Assembly: GCA_045804645.1 (NCBI GenBank)
Contig: JBJMMR010000041.1
Span: 9,474 to 73,473 of the forward strand
Source: Chloroflexota bacterium
GTDB lineage: Bacteria; Chloroflexota; Limnocylindria; Limnocylindrales; CSP1-4
Reading direction: 5' to 3'
DNA: 64,000 nt
How positions within the stretch are numbered: position 1 is the stretch's first letter; every line of letters begins with the position of its first letter. The notes below the pieces were generated by a model. The model ran no database searches. It was not told the origin of the DNA and saw nothing but the letters and a program-made list of their open reading frames with translations. A program made the position numbers and the translations under genes. Below, piece by piece: positions 8,682 to 18,541 of this stretch.

Positions 8682-9908
8682 TCATCCCGAGATCACACCC
8701 AGCTCTCGCCCCACCGCCGAGAACGCCTCCAGAGCGCGGTCCAGCTGCTCGTCGGTGTGCGCCGCGGTGACGATGGTTCGGATCCGGGCCTGGTCGAGCG
8801 CGACGGTCGGGTAGACGACCGGCTGCGCGAACACACCCTCGCCCATCAACTGATCGCTGAAACGCATCGCGGTCTCCGGGTCGCCCATCATCACCGGCGT
8901 GATCGGCGTCTCGGAGCGGCCGGTGTCGAACCCGAGTCGGGCGAGCTCCGACTTGAACCGCCGCGTGTTCGTCCACAGCCGCTCGAGCAGCTCAGGCTCA
9001 TCCTGCATCACCTTGATCGCCTCTCGACACGCGGCGACCACCGCCGGCGGGTGCGAGGTCGAGAACAGGAACGGCCGTGCTCGTTGGGTGAGGATCTCGC
9101 GTAACGACACGCTTCCAGCGACGTAGCCTCCGAGCGCGCCGACGGCCTTGCTCAACGTCCCTACCTGGATCGCGACGCGGCCGTGCAGCCCGAAGTGATC
9201 GACGCTGCCACGGCCGTCCCGCCCCAGGACCCCCGAAGCGTGCGCGTCATCCACGAAGACGGCAGCGCCGGCGGCCTCCGCCGCATCGACGATCCCCGGC
9301 AGCGGCGCGATATCGCCGTCCATCGAGAAGACTCCGTCGGTCACGACGAGGATCGACCGGTACGGCTCGCCGCTACCCTCGCGGCCGTTCTCGACCGCTT
9401 CCGCCAGGACGCGTTTCAACGCTTCGACGTCGGCGTGCGCGTAGACCTTCCGCGGCGCCTTCGAAAGCCGCATCCCGTCGATGATCGACGCGTGGTTGAG
9501 GCTGTCGCTGACGATGAGGTCCGTCTCGCCCGTGATCGTCGGGATGACGCCGGTGTTGGCGGTGAACCCGGACTGGAACGTCAGTACGGCAGGCGTGCCC
9601 TTGAACTCGGCGAGCTCGGCCTCGAGGGCCTCGTGCATCGACATGGTGCCGGCGATCGTGCGGACCGCTCCCGAACCGACGCCGAAGTCGCGCACGGCGG
9701 CGAGGGCCGCATCGCGGAGTCGCGGGTGGTGCGTGAGCCCGAGGTAGTCGTTCGACGACAGGCTGATAAGGCGTTTCCGGTCGACCGAGACGATCGGACC
9801 CTGGGCGGACGACATCACACGAAGCGCCCGATACAGATGGCGTTCCTTGAGCGCCGCGACCTCGTCGTCGAGGTACGCGAGTGGGTCCTTGCGCGGGGTG
9901 GTGGTCAT
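8682..9908 (-). CDS. kbl: Glycine C-acetyltransferase (2-amino-3-ketobutyrate CoA ligase)
   Basis: SSNDYLGL, NHASIIDG, DDAH and GTLSKA (PLP lysine); adjacent to tdh. Confidence 0.9.
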   Translation of the reverse strand: MTTTPRKDPLAYLDDEVAALKERHLYRALRVMSSAQGPIVSVDRKRLISLSSNDYLGLTHHPRLRDAALAAVRDFGVGSGAVRTIAGTMSMHEALEAELAEFKGTPAVLTFQSGFTANTGVIPTITGETDLIVSDSLNHASIIDGMRLSKAPRKVYAHADVEALKRVLAEAVENGREGSGEPYRSILVVTDGVFSMDGDIAPLPGIVDAAEAAGAAVFVDDAHASGVLGRDGRGSVDHFGLHGRVAIQVGTLSKAVGALGGYVAGSVSLREILTQRARPFLFSTSHPPAVVAACREAIKVMQDEPELLERLWTNTRRFKSELARLGFDTGRSETPITPVMMGDPETAMRFSDQLMGEGVFAQPVVYPTVALDQARIRTIVTAAHTDEQLDRALEAFSAVGRELGVISG

Positions 9909-9953
9909 CTGGTCGTTCGTCGCGGGATGGAGGGGGCAGGCATGGTCGTCATC

Positions 9954-10982
9954 TCAACTCGTCCAGTCCATCACCACTTTGCCGGAGGAGCCGGTACGTG
10001 CGGCCGCGAATGCCGCCTCGTAGTCCCGGTAGTCGAAGCGATGGGTGATGACGGGGCTGATGTCCAGCCCCGACTTGAGCATCACCGACATCTTGTACCA
10101 GGTCTCATACATCTCCCGACCATAGATACCGTGAAGGCGTAACTGATCGAAGACGACGTGGCTGATGTCGATCGCGATGTCCTCCGTCGGGATACCAAGG
10201 ATCGCCATCCCCGCTCCATGGGCCATGTTCCCGAGCGCATCCCGGAGCGCGCGTGCGTTGCCGGACATCTCGAAGACCACATCGAATCCTTCGACCATCC
10301 CGAGCTCTCGTTGCGCATCCTGGAGGCTGCGTTCGCGCGGGTCGATGACGAGCGTCGCACCCATCGTCATCGCGAGATCGCGCCGGACCTCGTTCGGTTC
10401 GCTGACGACGATGAACCTCGCGCCCGCGTGCCGCGCGACGCCGGTCGCCATCAGGCCGATCGGGCCGGCACCGACGACCAGCACGTCCTCGCCGAGGACG
10501 GGGAACTCAAGGGCTGTGTGGACCGCGTTCCCGAACGGGTCGAAGATCGCGGCGACCTCCTCGGGGATCCGAGGCCAGTGGTGCCACACGTTGGTGACGG
10601 GCAGGACGACCTGCTCGGCGAAGGCGCCATCGCGCTGGACACCGAGACCGACGGTGTTCGCGCAGAGATGCCAGCGGCCCGCCCGACAGTGACGGCAGCG
10701 GCCGCACACGACGTGCCCCTCGCCGCTTACGACATCGCCCGGCGCGAGATCCCCGACGTTACTGCCGACCTCGAGCACTTCCCCGACGAACTCGTGCCCG
10801 ACGATCAGTGGCGGATGGATCGTCTTCTGGGCCCACGGGTCCCAGTCGGCGATGTGAAGGTCGGTGCCGCAGATGCCGGTCTTGTGCACGCGGATCCGGA
10901 CGTCGTTGATCGACATCTCTGGTTCCGGGACATCACGAAGATCGAGGCCGGGGCCGGCCGTCGATTTCACGAGCGCCTGCAT
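9954..10982 (-). CDS. tdh: L-threonine 3-dehydrogenase
   Basis: GICGTDLH, GHEF, CxxCxxC, DPFGNAVHTA and IYGREMYETWY. Confidence 0.95.
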   Translation of the reverse strand: MQALVKSTAGPGLDLRDVPEPEMSINDVRIRVHKTGICGTDLHIADWDPWAQKTIHPPLIVGHEFVGEVLEVGSNVGDLAPGDVVSGEGHVVCGRCRHCRAGRWHLCANTVGLGVQRDGAFAEQVVLPVTNVWHHWPRIPEEVAAIFDPFGNAVHTALEFPVLGEDVLVVGAGPIGLMATGVARHAGARFIVVSEPNEVRRDLAMTMGATLVIDPRERSLQDAQRELGMVEGFDVVFEMSGNARALRDALGNMAHGAGMAILGIPTEDIAIDISHVVFDQLRLHGIYGREMYETWYKMSVMLKSGLDISPVITHRFDYRDYEAAFAAARTGSSGKVVMDWTS

Positions 10983-11049
10983 CGACCGAGCGTACAGCCA
11001 TGGTCCGGTACCGGACGGAGTGGTCCGAGGTAGTGGTGCGCGCTCGCCC

Positions 11050-11877
11050 CTAGTTCACGTCCGCCCAGTCGATGATCGGGTTCTCGATCGAGCCGATGCC
11101 CTCGACGTCGCAGCGCACCCGATCGCCGGGCTCGAGGAAGACCGGTGGGTCCCGGAAGACGCCGACTCCCGATGGTGTGCCAGTCGCGATCACGTCGCCG
11201 GCCTCGAGCGTGATGGCCGCCGAGATGAACGCGATGAGCGAAGGAACGTCCCAGATCATGTCGGCCGTCGAGCCGTCCTGCATCTGGTGCTCCTCGCCGT
11301 CGCTCGTGATCCGCCAGCTCCGGAGCCGGAGGCCACCCGCCGGGTCGATCTCGTCCGCCGTAACGAACACCGGCCCCATCGGGAGGAACGTGTCGCTGCC
11401 CTTCGCGCGAAGCCACTGGCCATCGCCCTTCTCGCCCTCCCCGAGCGCCGCGGGGATGCCCTGCCAGTCACGAGCGCTGACATCGTTCACGACGACGTAG
11501 CCGGCGACGTGCGCCATCGCTTCCTCGACCGCCACTCGTCGCGCTTGTTTGGCGATCACCACGCCGAGCTCGACCTCGAGATCGAGCGCGTGGGTCCCCT
11601 CTGGACGGACGATCGGTTCCCCGTCTGCGATGACCGTGTTCGCGAACTTCGAGAAGAGCAGGGGGCGATCGGGACCCGGGCGGCCGCCTTCAGCGACGTG
11701 ATCCTGGTAGTTCAGCCCGACGCACACGATCTTCCCGGGCCGGGCCACCGCGGCTGCCGGCGTCAGCTCGGCCGGGTCCGTCGCTATGCCGTCGACGACG
11801 ACCCGGCCATCGCGATCGAGGGTTCCCTGGACGACCTCCTCGCCGAGGGGCCCGGATCGATACGAGAAGAGCCGCAT
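11050..11877 (-). CDS. Fumarylacetoacetate hydrolase family protein
   Basis: KIVCVGLNY, EVELGVVI, NDVSARD and TGTPSGVG. Confidence 0.92.
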   Translation of the reverse strand: MRLFSYRSGPLGEEVVQGTLDRDGRVVVDGIATDPAELTPAAAVARPGKIVCVGLNYQDHVAEGGRPGPDRPLLFSKFANTVIADGEPIVRPEGTHALDLEVELGVVIAKQARRVAVEEAMAHVAGYVVVNDVSARDWQGIPAALGEGEKGDGQWLRAKGSDTFLPMGPVFVTADEIDPAGGLRLRSWRITSDGEEHQMQDGSTADMIWDVPSLIAFISAAITLEAGDVIATGTPSGVGVFRDPPVFLEPGDRVRCDVEGIGSIENPIIDWADVN

Positions 11878-11889
11878 CGCGCCCGCCGA

Positions 11890-12798
11890 TCAGCTCGGCG
11901 AGGGCGACGGAGCGGACGACTCGCCTGGGGCGACGCTCGGGCTCGCCGACGGGTTGCATAGCTTCTCGGGGTTCGTCCGCTCCCCGTAACGGGCGTAGAG
12001 GTCGAGCACCGCTGCCTGATCGAGCGTTTGCATCGGCAGCACGCGATCCCAGACGAGCGCCGCATACGGCCAGGCCATGTCATCGAAGCGGACGACGACC
12101 GGGCCCGGCGAGTTGCCACCCGGCTGGAAGCCGCAGACCGGACTCACGGGAACGGCATCGTAGAGCGCGCGCAGGGCCGCCTGATCGGCCTGGTCGCCCT
12201 TGTACAGGATGACCAGGCCGCCGTGCTCCAGGTTGTGGACCCAGCCCTCGGGGATCACTGTGTCGCTCGGCCCGTACGGGCGGGCGGGGATCGGGCCCTG
12301 ACCCGAGGCGAAGTAGTGGCGCCCGGACGCCGGCGGGCAGTAGGTGTACTTCACCTGGGTCCCGACCGCGACGTGGCTGTTGCCCATATCGGGCTGGACG
12401 TACCCGGGCTGCGGAGACGTCCCTGCCGCGGGACTGGCCGTCGGATCCGGCATCCAGATGTTCGAGCAGGCGAACGCGGGTTTGGTCGCCGAGGCGAACA
12501 CGCCCGCTCCGACGACCGCAACGACCGCGACGACGGCCGCTGCCAGCAGCCAACGGCGGTAGCGCTGGAGGAACGACTGGCGGACCGCGGGACGCGAGTG
12601 CTCGCGTCGGCCGGCACGTTGTGTCCCCGTCGGGCTGCTGGAATGTGGACGGTGGCTCCGCGCAGCCGCGGGATGAGCGGTCGACGCCGCTGCAGACGCG
12701 TTCGTTGGCGCGGCGGAGGCTCGACGATCATTCGCGCCGGGAATGCTCCCCGACGCCTGGCCGGCCGTGCGCTGACGCCGACGGGATTCCTTGCTCAC
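11890..12798 (-). CDS. DUF3105 domain membrane-anchored protein
   Basis: TM segment, PPASGRHY and VHNLEHG motifs. Confidence 0.85.
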   Translation of the reverse strand: MSKESRRRQRTAGQASGSIPGANDRRASAAPTNASAAASTAHPAAARSHRPHSSSPTGTQRAGRREHSRPAVRQSFLQRYRRWLLAAAVVAVVAVVGAGVFASATKPAFACSNIWMPDPTASPAAGTSPQPGYVQPDMGNSHVAVGTQVKYTYCPPASGRHYFASGQGPIPARPYGPSDTVIPEGWVHNLEHGGLVILYKGDQADQAALRALYDAVPVSPVCGFQPGGNSPGPVVVRFDDMAWPYAALVWDRVLPMQTLDQAAVLDLYARYGERTNPEKLCNPSASPSVAPGESSAPSPSPS

Positions 12799-12924
12799 TG
12801 GGTGTCGCCTCTATGCGGTCGATGGGTCGCCGGGTGTGATCGGACCGGCGGCAACGTGGGCCGCGTGCCCGCAGAGGGTACCCGGCCCGCCGGGTTCACG
12901 TGACGGGCGCGGCGATGCCCTTGG

Positions 12925-13359
12925 TCACGATTCCGACAGGTAGGTGCGGACATCCGGTCGAAGGAGCCCGCGGAACAGCAGCAGGCCGAAGGCGGCGAGG
13001 AAGAACGGCGTCGCCGGATGGACGGGGCTGATCGCGAGGAGGAGCACACCAGGGATGACGAGGCTCGCGAGCACGAGCGCGAGTCCGAACCCTGCCTGCT
13101 TGCGCTGGATCACGAGCGTCATCGTGAAGATGGTGTAGGCGAGCAGGATCATCACGACGACGCCGATCGGGCTGATCGGCATGGTCGCTGCCTGGTCGAC
13201 CACGGTCCGCATGCTCAGGGCGATCCCGACGAGGATGACCGCGCCGTAGGCGAGGAACAGCCGGATCCCTAACGGCATCCGGGGGCGCGTGTCACCGGTC
13301 GTCCCCGCGGACGGCGCGGCCTCGTCGTGCGTGTTCACGGGTTCGGGCTGCTCGGTCAC
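12925..13359 (-). CDS. Small integral membrane protein (4 TM)
   Basis: Four hydrophobic segments; TACCAT upstream of GTG 13359. Confidence 0.65.
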   Translation of the reverse strand: MTEQPEPVNTHDEAAPSAGTTGDTRPRMPLGIRLFLAYGAVILVGIALSMRTVVDQAATMPISPIGVVVMILLAYTIFTMTLVIQRKQAGFGLALVLASLVIPGVLLLAISPVHPATPFFLAAFGLLLFRGLLRPDVRTYLSES

Positions 13360-13414
13360 GGCCCATCGATGGTACGACCGATGGCTGACCGCCGAGTGAG
13401 GACGATCCCTGCCG

Positions 13415-13474
13415 TTGACTGTGACCAAGGCCCGCCCATAGAGTCGACTAAACCGGTTTGCTAAACCGGTTTGC
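13415..13474 (+). promoter_or_regulatory. Sigma-70 promoter with tandem LacI-type operators
   Basis: TTGACT (13415) - 18 bp - TAGAGT (13439), followed by CTAAACCGGTTTG twice (13448-13473). Confidence 0.8.
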
Positions 13475-13531
13475 CCGTTAGCAGCTCGGCGCCGTCCCTA
13501 CGGCGCCAGCCTGACACCGGAGTCGAAGCTG

Positions 13532-14587
13532 GTGGAGCCGAGGACCCAGCGACCGCGGATCGCCGACGTCGCGCGCGAGGCCGGCGTCAGCAAGACCGCC
13601 GTGTCGTTCGCCTTCAACGCCCCCGACCGGCTCGCGCCGGAGACGACCCAGAGGATCCGTGGCGTCGCGCAGCGCCTCGGCTATACGCCGCATCCCGTCG
13701 CCCGGATGCTGACGCAGCGTCGAACGCGGACGATCGGCGTGCTGACGCCGCAGGCCCTGAGCGTCGTGTTCGGTAATCCGTTCTTCGCGACATTCAGTGC
13801 GGGCGTGGCGCGCGAAGCCGAGGAGCACGGGTACGGACTCCACTTCATCTCGCCGTTCCGTGGCAGCCTCGTCGGGGCGATGGCACGGGCGACGGTCGAC
13901 GGCGTGGTGGCCATCGGCCTCAGCGAGGCGCACCCCGAGATCGAGGACATCCGCCGCGCCGCGCTCCCGCTCGTGCTCGTCGACTCGCAGGCGCTTCCGG
14001 AGCACGGGTCGGTCGAGGTGGACGATCTCGGCGGCGCTCGGGAAGCTGCCCTCCACCTCACCGAGTTCGGCCACCGCGACGTGCTCGTGCTCGGCGTGGA
14101 GCCTCCGTCACCTGAAGCGCTGCATCCCGATAGCGTCTCGGCCCGGCGGCTGCGGGGCTACCGCCAAGGATTCGCGACCGTAGGCGTAGGGATCGCCGAA
14201 GACGACATCATCCTCGGGCCGGCGACCATCGACGGCGGTGCGGCCGCGCTGCGCCAGGCATGGGCGGCCGGACGTCGACCGACAGCGATCCTCGCCATGT
14301 CCGATGTCATCGCGATCGGGGCGATGCGCGCGGCGCGTGATCTCGGCTTCGAAGTTCCCGGCGATGTGAGCGTCGTCGGTTTCGACGACATCGATCTGGC
14401 GTCGCACGTCGATCCGGCGCTCACGACCGTGCATCAGCCGATCGACCGAAAGGGCGAGGAGGCCGTGCGCATGCTGGTCGCCGTCATCGAACGACCGTCG
14501 AGCGTGCGACCCGAGCATCGACATCTGGACACGCGATTGATCGTGCGCGGATCGACGGGCCCGGTGTCGCGACGGCCACCGGCATGA
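13532..14587 (+). CDS. LacI family transcriptional regulator
   Basis: IADVAREAGVSKTAVS HTH, VVGFDD and LTTVHQP. Confidence 0.95.
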   Translation: MEPRTQRPRIADVAREAGVSKTAVSFAFNAPDRLAPETTQRIRGVAQRLGYTPHPVARMLTQRRTRTIGVLTPQALSVVFGNPFFATFSAGVAREAEEHGYGLHFISPFRGSLVGAMARATVDGVVAIGLSEAHPEIEDIRRAALPLVLVDSQALPEHGSVEVDDLGGAREAALHLTEFGHRDVLVLGVEPPSPEALHPDSVSARRLRGYRQGFATVGVGIAEDDIILGPATIDGGAAALRQAWAAGRRPTAILAMSDVIAIGAMRAARDLGFEVPGDVSVVGFDDIDLASHVDPALTTVHQPIDRKGEEAVRMLVAVIERPSSVRPEHRHLDTRLIVRGSTGPVSRRPPA

Positions 14588-16092
14588 CGGTCGAGACGCC
14601 TGCATGGGTTCGGGACGCGGTCTTCTACCAGCTCTTCCCGGACCGGTTCGCCGGGAGTCCGCGCGTCCCGAAACCCGGCGCGCTCGAACCGTGGGATGCG
14701 CCCCCGACCGTGCACGGCTTCAAGGGCGGCGACCTGCTCGGGATCGTCGAGAAGGTCGACTATCTGCAGGATCTGGGCGTTACCGCGATCTATCTCACGC
14801 CGATCTTCCAGTCGGCCTCGAATCATCGTTACCACACGTACGACTACTTCCACGTCGACCCACTCCTCGGAGGTGACGCCGCTCTCCGGGAGCTCCTGGA
14901 CGTCGCTCATGGCCGAGGTATGCGCGTGATCCTCGACGGCGTCTTCAATCACACCGGGCGCGGCTTCTGGCCGTTCCATCACATCCTCGAGAACGGCGCC
15001 GCGTCGCCATATCGCGACTGGTTCCACATCGATCTCGACGTCCTGGAGGGACGCCGCGAGTTCATCCCCTACCCGCCTCGTGACGCGCCGCCCGGTACGA
15101 CCCTCGGATATCAAGCCTGGTGGGGCCTGCCGGCGCTACCGAAGCTGAACACGGACAACGCCGAGGTCCGGGAGTATCTGCTCTCGGTCGCCGAGCACTG
15201 GCTGCGGTTCGGCATCGATGGGTGGCGACTCGACGTTCCGGCCGAGATCGCCGACCCGGCGTTCTGGGCGGCCTTCCGCCAGCGCTGCCGAGCCGTTCGC
15301 GATGACGCGTACCTCGTCGGCGAGGTCTGGGTCACGGCTCCGGAGTGGGTCGCCGGGGACCGGTTCGACGCGCTGATGGATTACCCGCTCGCTGAGGCGA
15401 TCCTCGGATACGTCGGCGGGCGAAGCCTCGATATGGCTGCCGTCGGATCGCACCACGAGTACAGCCAACACCTCCATGCCCTCGATGGGCCGAGGTTCGG
15501 CGAACGCCTCAATGAATTGCTCGGCGTGTACGACGCGGACGTCGTCGCCGTCCAGCTCAACCTGCTCTCCTCCCACGATGCGCCGCGCGCGCTCACCGTC
15601 CTCGGCGGCGACCGCGCCGCGCTGCGGATGGCGATCCTCCTCCAGTCGATGCTGCCGGGTGCGCCCTGCATCTACTACGGCGACGAGATCGGGCTCGCCG
15701 GGGGGAACGACCCGGCCAACCGGGGCGCGTTCCCGTGGGACGAGGCGGCGTGGGACGGTGAGCTGCGGACCTTCATGCGCGCCGTCCTGGAGCGGCGTGC
15801 TGCTGAACCGGCGATCCGGCATGGAGCGACGGCGGTCGCCGGCTCGTACGCAGCGGCCATCGCGATCGAGCGTCGGCTGGACGATGACCGTCTCATCGTC
15901 GCCCTGAACCCAGGCGACGAACCCTTCGACCTGGAGGTCGCGATCGAGGGCATCGGTCGCGGATGGCTCGCCCCCGTCGCTCTCCCCGGCGATGCCGAAG
16001 CCGACCCGGTCGTGGTGACGGACGCGCGAGCGGTCATCGGGATCCCGGCCCGGACCGGTCGTCTCGTACGGGTGGCTCGCGATGCTCCCTGA
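14584..16092 (+). CDS. GH13 neopullulanase/cyclomaltodextrinase-type glycosidase
   Basis: FYQLFPDRF, DGVFNH, DGWRLDV, GEVW, SSHD and YYGDE. Confidence 0.92.
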   Translation: MTVETPAWVRDAVFYQLFPDRFAGSPRVPKPGALEPWDAPPTVHGFKGGDLLGIVEKVDYLQDLGVTAIYLTPIFQSASNHRYHTYDYFHVDPLLGGDAALRELLDVAHGRGMRVILDGVFNHTGRGFWPFHHILENGAASPYRDWFHIDLDVLEGRREFIPYPPRDAPPGTTLGYQAWWGLPALPKLNTDNAEVREYLLSVAEHWLRFGIDGWRLDVPAEIADPAFWAAFRQRCRAVRDDAYLVGEVWVTAPEWVAGDRFDALMDYPLAEAILGYVGGRSLDMAAVGSHHEYSQHLHALDGPRFGERLNELLGVYDADVVAVQLNLLSSHDAPRALTVLGGDRAALRMAILLQSMLPGAPCIYYGDEIGLAGGNDPANRGAFPWDEAAWDGELRTFMRAVLERRAAEPAIRHGATAVAGSYAAAIAIERRLDDDRLIVALNPGDEPFDLEVAIEGIGRGWLAPVALPGDAEADPVVVTDARAVIGIPARTGRLVRVARDAP

Positions 16093-16130
16093 CCGTCCAC
16101 CGACCGAGGCCCGACCTATACTCGCCGCCA

Positions 16131-16745
16131 GTGGCTGATCTCCCCTTCGAATTGGGGACCGGGCTCGACGAACAACTGGCCCGGATCCTCGATGTCGAGG
16201 GCAAGATCCCGCGGGCGATCGAGGCGCTGGGTCCGGTGGAGGGACGAGACGTCGTCGTCGTCGATGCACCCGAGGGTCTTCGCGCTCGGCAGCTCGAAAC
16301 ACTCGGCGCCCGCGTCACCGTCGTCGACTCGGGTGGTTCGACGCCGTTCGCCGCGCCTGATGCGTCGGCTGATGTCGTCGTCGGCCTGTGGTCGGCGTTC
16401 CGCGGCGCCGTCGCCGACGAGATCGCCCAGGCTGCGCGAGTCCTCCGCCCCGGCGGCCGTCTGCTCGCGGTGCACGACTATGGGCGCGACGATGTATCGG
16501 AGATCCGTGGACCGCAGCCTGAGTACGGGCCGTGGACGCGACGTGATGGACCGTTCCTCGGCGACGGGTTCAAGATCCGCGTCCTTCACTGCTGGTGGAC
16601 GTTCGCCTCGACGGATGAAGCCAGGACGTTCCTCGAGTCGGCGTTCGGTGATGCCGGGCGAGCCGTCGCCGACCGCCTGACCCGGCCTCGGCTGTCCTAC
16701 AACGTCGCGGTCTACCATCGGACCCTCAACGAGGAACCTGCATGA
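16131..16745 (+). CDS. Class I SAM-dependent methyltransferase-like protein
   Basis: DASADVV and RVLRPGGRL motifs; motif I is degenerate. Confidence 0.65.
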   Translation: MADLPFELGTGLDEQLARILDVEGKIPRAIEALGPVEGRDVVVVDAPEGLRARQLETLGARVTVVDSGGSTPFAAPDASADVVVGLWSAFRGAVADEIAQAARVLRPGGRLLAVHDYGRDDVSEIRGPQPEYGPWTRRDGPFLGDGFKIRVLHCWWTFASTDEARTFLESAFGDAGRAVADRLTRPRLSYNVAVYHRTLNEEPA

Positions 16746-17164
16746 CCGATCGTCGCGCGAGTCGCGACCCGTATCCCGCGCCGCCCCGCCGTGCGAATCG
16801 CGAGTACGACGATTCCGGCTACGACGATCGGTACGAGCCCCCCGAGCGCGGCCGTCGGATCTCGCCGGGGGCGGTCTTCCTTGTCATCGCGGTCATCGGG
16901 TCGGTCGCTTTCACAGCCTATTTCCTCACGGTCCGCGAGGCGACCCAGATCCCGCTGCTTGCCGGTGCATCGGTCGTGCTCGCCATCGTCTTCGCGGCCC
17001 TCGCGGTGTACTGCCTCCGTTCCGTCTGGCGCGCGGGGCGTGAACGTGGCAATGGCGGCCGGATGCTCCTCGTCGCGCTCGTCGGCGGCTTCGCCGCGAT
17101 CGCCGCCGCAGGTGCGGCGGCCTGGGCGATCATCCTCTTCCAGCTGGCGACGACCGCGGCCTGA
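16742..17164 (+). CDS. Membrane protein (3 TM)
   Basis: ATGA overlap with the upstream gene; hydrophobic segments. Confidence 0.7.
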   Translation: MTDRRASRDPYPAPPRRANREYDDSGYDDRYEPPERGRRISPGAVFLVIAVIGSVAFTAYFLTVREATQIPLLAGASVVLAIVFAALAVYCLRSVWRAGRERGNGGRMLLVALVGGFAAIAAAGAAAWAIILFQLATTAA

Positions 17165-17196
17165 GCGGGACCCTCTGCTAGACTCGGCCCCCGCCG

Positions 17197-17273
17197 GCCC
17201 CCATCGTCTAGAGGCCTAGGACGCCACCCTTTCAAGGTGGAGATCAGGGGTTCGAATCCCCTTGGGGGCACCA
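17197..17273 (+). tRNA. tRNA-Glu (TTC)
   Basis: Acceptor stem GCCCCCA/TGGGGGC, anticodon arm CCACC-CTTTCAA-GGTGG, T-loop TTCGAAT, encoded CCA. Extended -10 TGCTAGACT at 17176-17184. Confidence 0.97.
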
Positions 17274-17329
17274 CGTCTTCGGGCCGCGATCGATCGAAGT
17301 CACGCATCTCGCGGCGAAGGGGATCCCCG

Positions 17330-17977
17330 ATGTCTCTGGCTCGCGTCCAGTTCTTCTCGGTCTCGCTCGACGGTTTCGGTACCGGCGAGGGGTTGAGTCG
17401 CGACGAGCCATTCGGCCACGCCGGTGAGCGCCTCCACGAATGGATGTTCCGCACACGCTGGTGGCATGAGAGGGTCGGCGAACCGGGCGGCAGCGGAGGG
17501 ATCGACGACGCCTTTCTGCGGCTGCACGATCCAGGGGTCGGGGCCGAGATCATGGGGGCAGGAAAGTTCGGACCACCGGGCTGGCACGACGACGCGGGAT
17601 GGAAGGGCTGGTGGGGCGACGACCCGCCGTTCCACACGCCGGTCTTCGTCCTTACCCACCGTGAACGCGCGTCCATCCAGATGGAGGGCGGCACGACGTT
17701 CCACTTCATGGATGCGTCGCCGGCCCACGCGCTTCAGGCGGCTCGCGAGGCGGCGAATGGACGGGACGTTCGCATCGGCGGAGGCGCCACGACGATCCGC
17801 GAGTTCCTGGCCGCAGGACTCATCGATCACATGGAGGTCGTGGTCGTGCCGATCGTCCTGGGCCGGGGAGTGCGGCTGTGGGACGGGCTCGAAGGTCTCG
17901 AGAAGGACTATCAGATCGAGGCGGTGTCATCGCCCAGCGGGGTCACGCACATCACGTTCGTGCGGGCGGCTCAGTGA
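17330..17977 (+). CDS. Dihydrofolate reductase/RibD C-terminal family protein
   Basis: SVSLDGF, GWWGDDPPFH and IGGGATT. Confidence 0.88.
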   Translation: MSLARVQFFSVSLDGFGTGEGLSRDEPFGHAGERLHEWMFRTRWWHERVGEPGGSGGIDDAFLRLHDPGVGAEIMGAGKFGPPGWHDDAGWKGWWGDDPPFHTPVFVLTHRERASIQMEGGTTFHFMDASPAHALQAAREAANGRDVRIGGGATTIREFLAAGLIDHMEVVVVPIVLGRGVRLWDGLEGLEKDYQIEAVSSPSGVTHITFVRAAQ

Positions 17978-17990
17978 GCCACGCCACGCG

Positions 17991-18491
17991 CTAGTACCCG
18001 AGGTCGAGGTCCTTCCGGAGAAGTGCCGCCTTGGCCGTGACGACGTCGGCGGCGTCATTGGCCGCCGCCGATAGTGAGATCACCTCCGCCAGGCTGCGAG
18101 CGCGGGCCACGGCGCGTGCCCGTTTCTGGAAGGCGGTGTCGGCCCTGATGAGGACATCGGCCTTCTCCTGTAGGTCGGGCGGGAACGCGATCTTCTTGAT
18201 GCCGTCGATGAATGCCTTGTCGGCCTTGGCTAGCAGGCCCCAGTAGCGCTGATGGTCTTCGACCGTGTCCCGGGTCGCGTAACGAGCGTGCGCGGCATCG
18301 ATCGCGGCGTTGTACGGGTCGGCGACCGCGGAGTAGGCGACCGCGGCTCGCTCGACTGTCAGGAAGGATCCGGACGGTGACGCCGCGGACGGTGCTGAGG
18401 CCGACGCCGACGGGGCGGTGCTCGGCGCAGCTGCGCCCGAGCAGCCAAGTAGGAGGATCACGAGCGGGAGCATCGTCAGGGTTCGGCGCAT
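17991..18491 (-). CDS. Hypothetical lipoprotein
   Basis: LLLGC lipobox, Ser/Ala linker, helical domain. Confidence 0.65.
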   Translation of the reverse strand: MRRTLTMLPLVILLLGCSGAAAPSTAPSASASAPSAASPSGSFLTVERAAVAYSAVADPYNAAIDAAHARYATRDTVEDHQRYWGLLAKADKAFIDGIKKIAFPPDLQEKADVLIRADTAFQKRARAVARARSLAEVISLSAAANDAADVVTAKAALLRKDLDLGY

Positions 18492-18541
18492 CGTGAACGC
18501 TGGAGTTGGTGCGGACGCCGAAGCCGATCTTTGCCTGCTGA

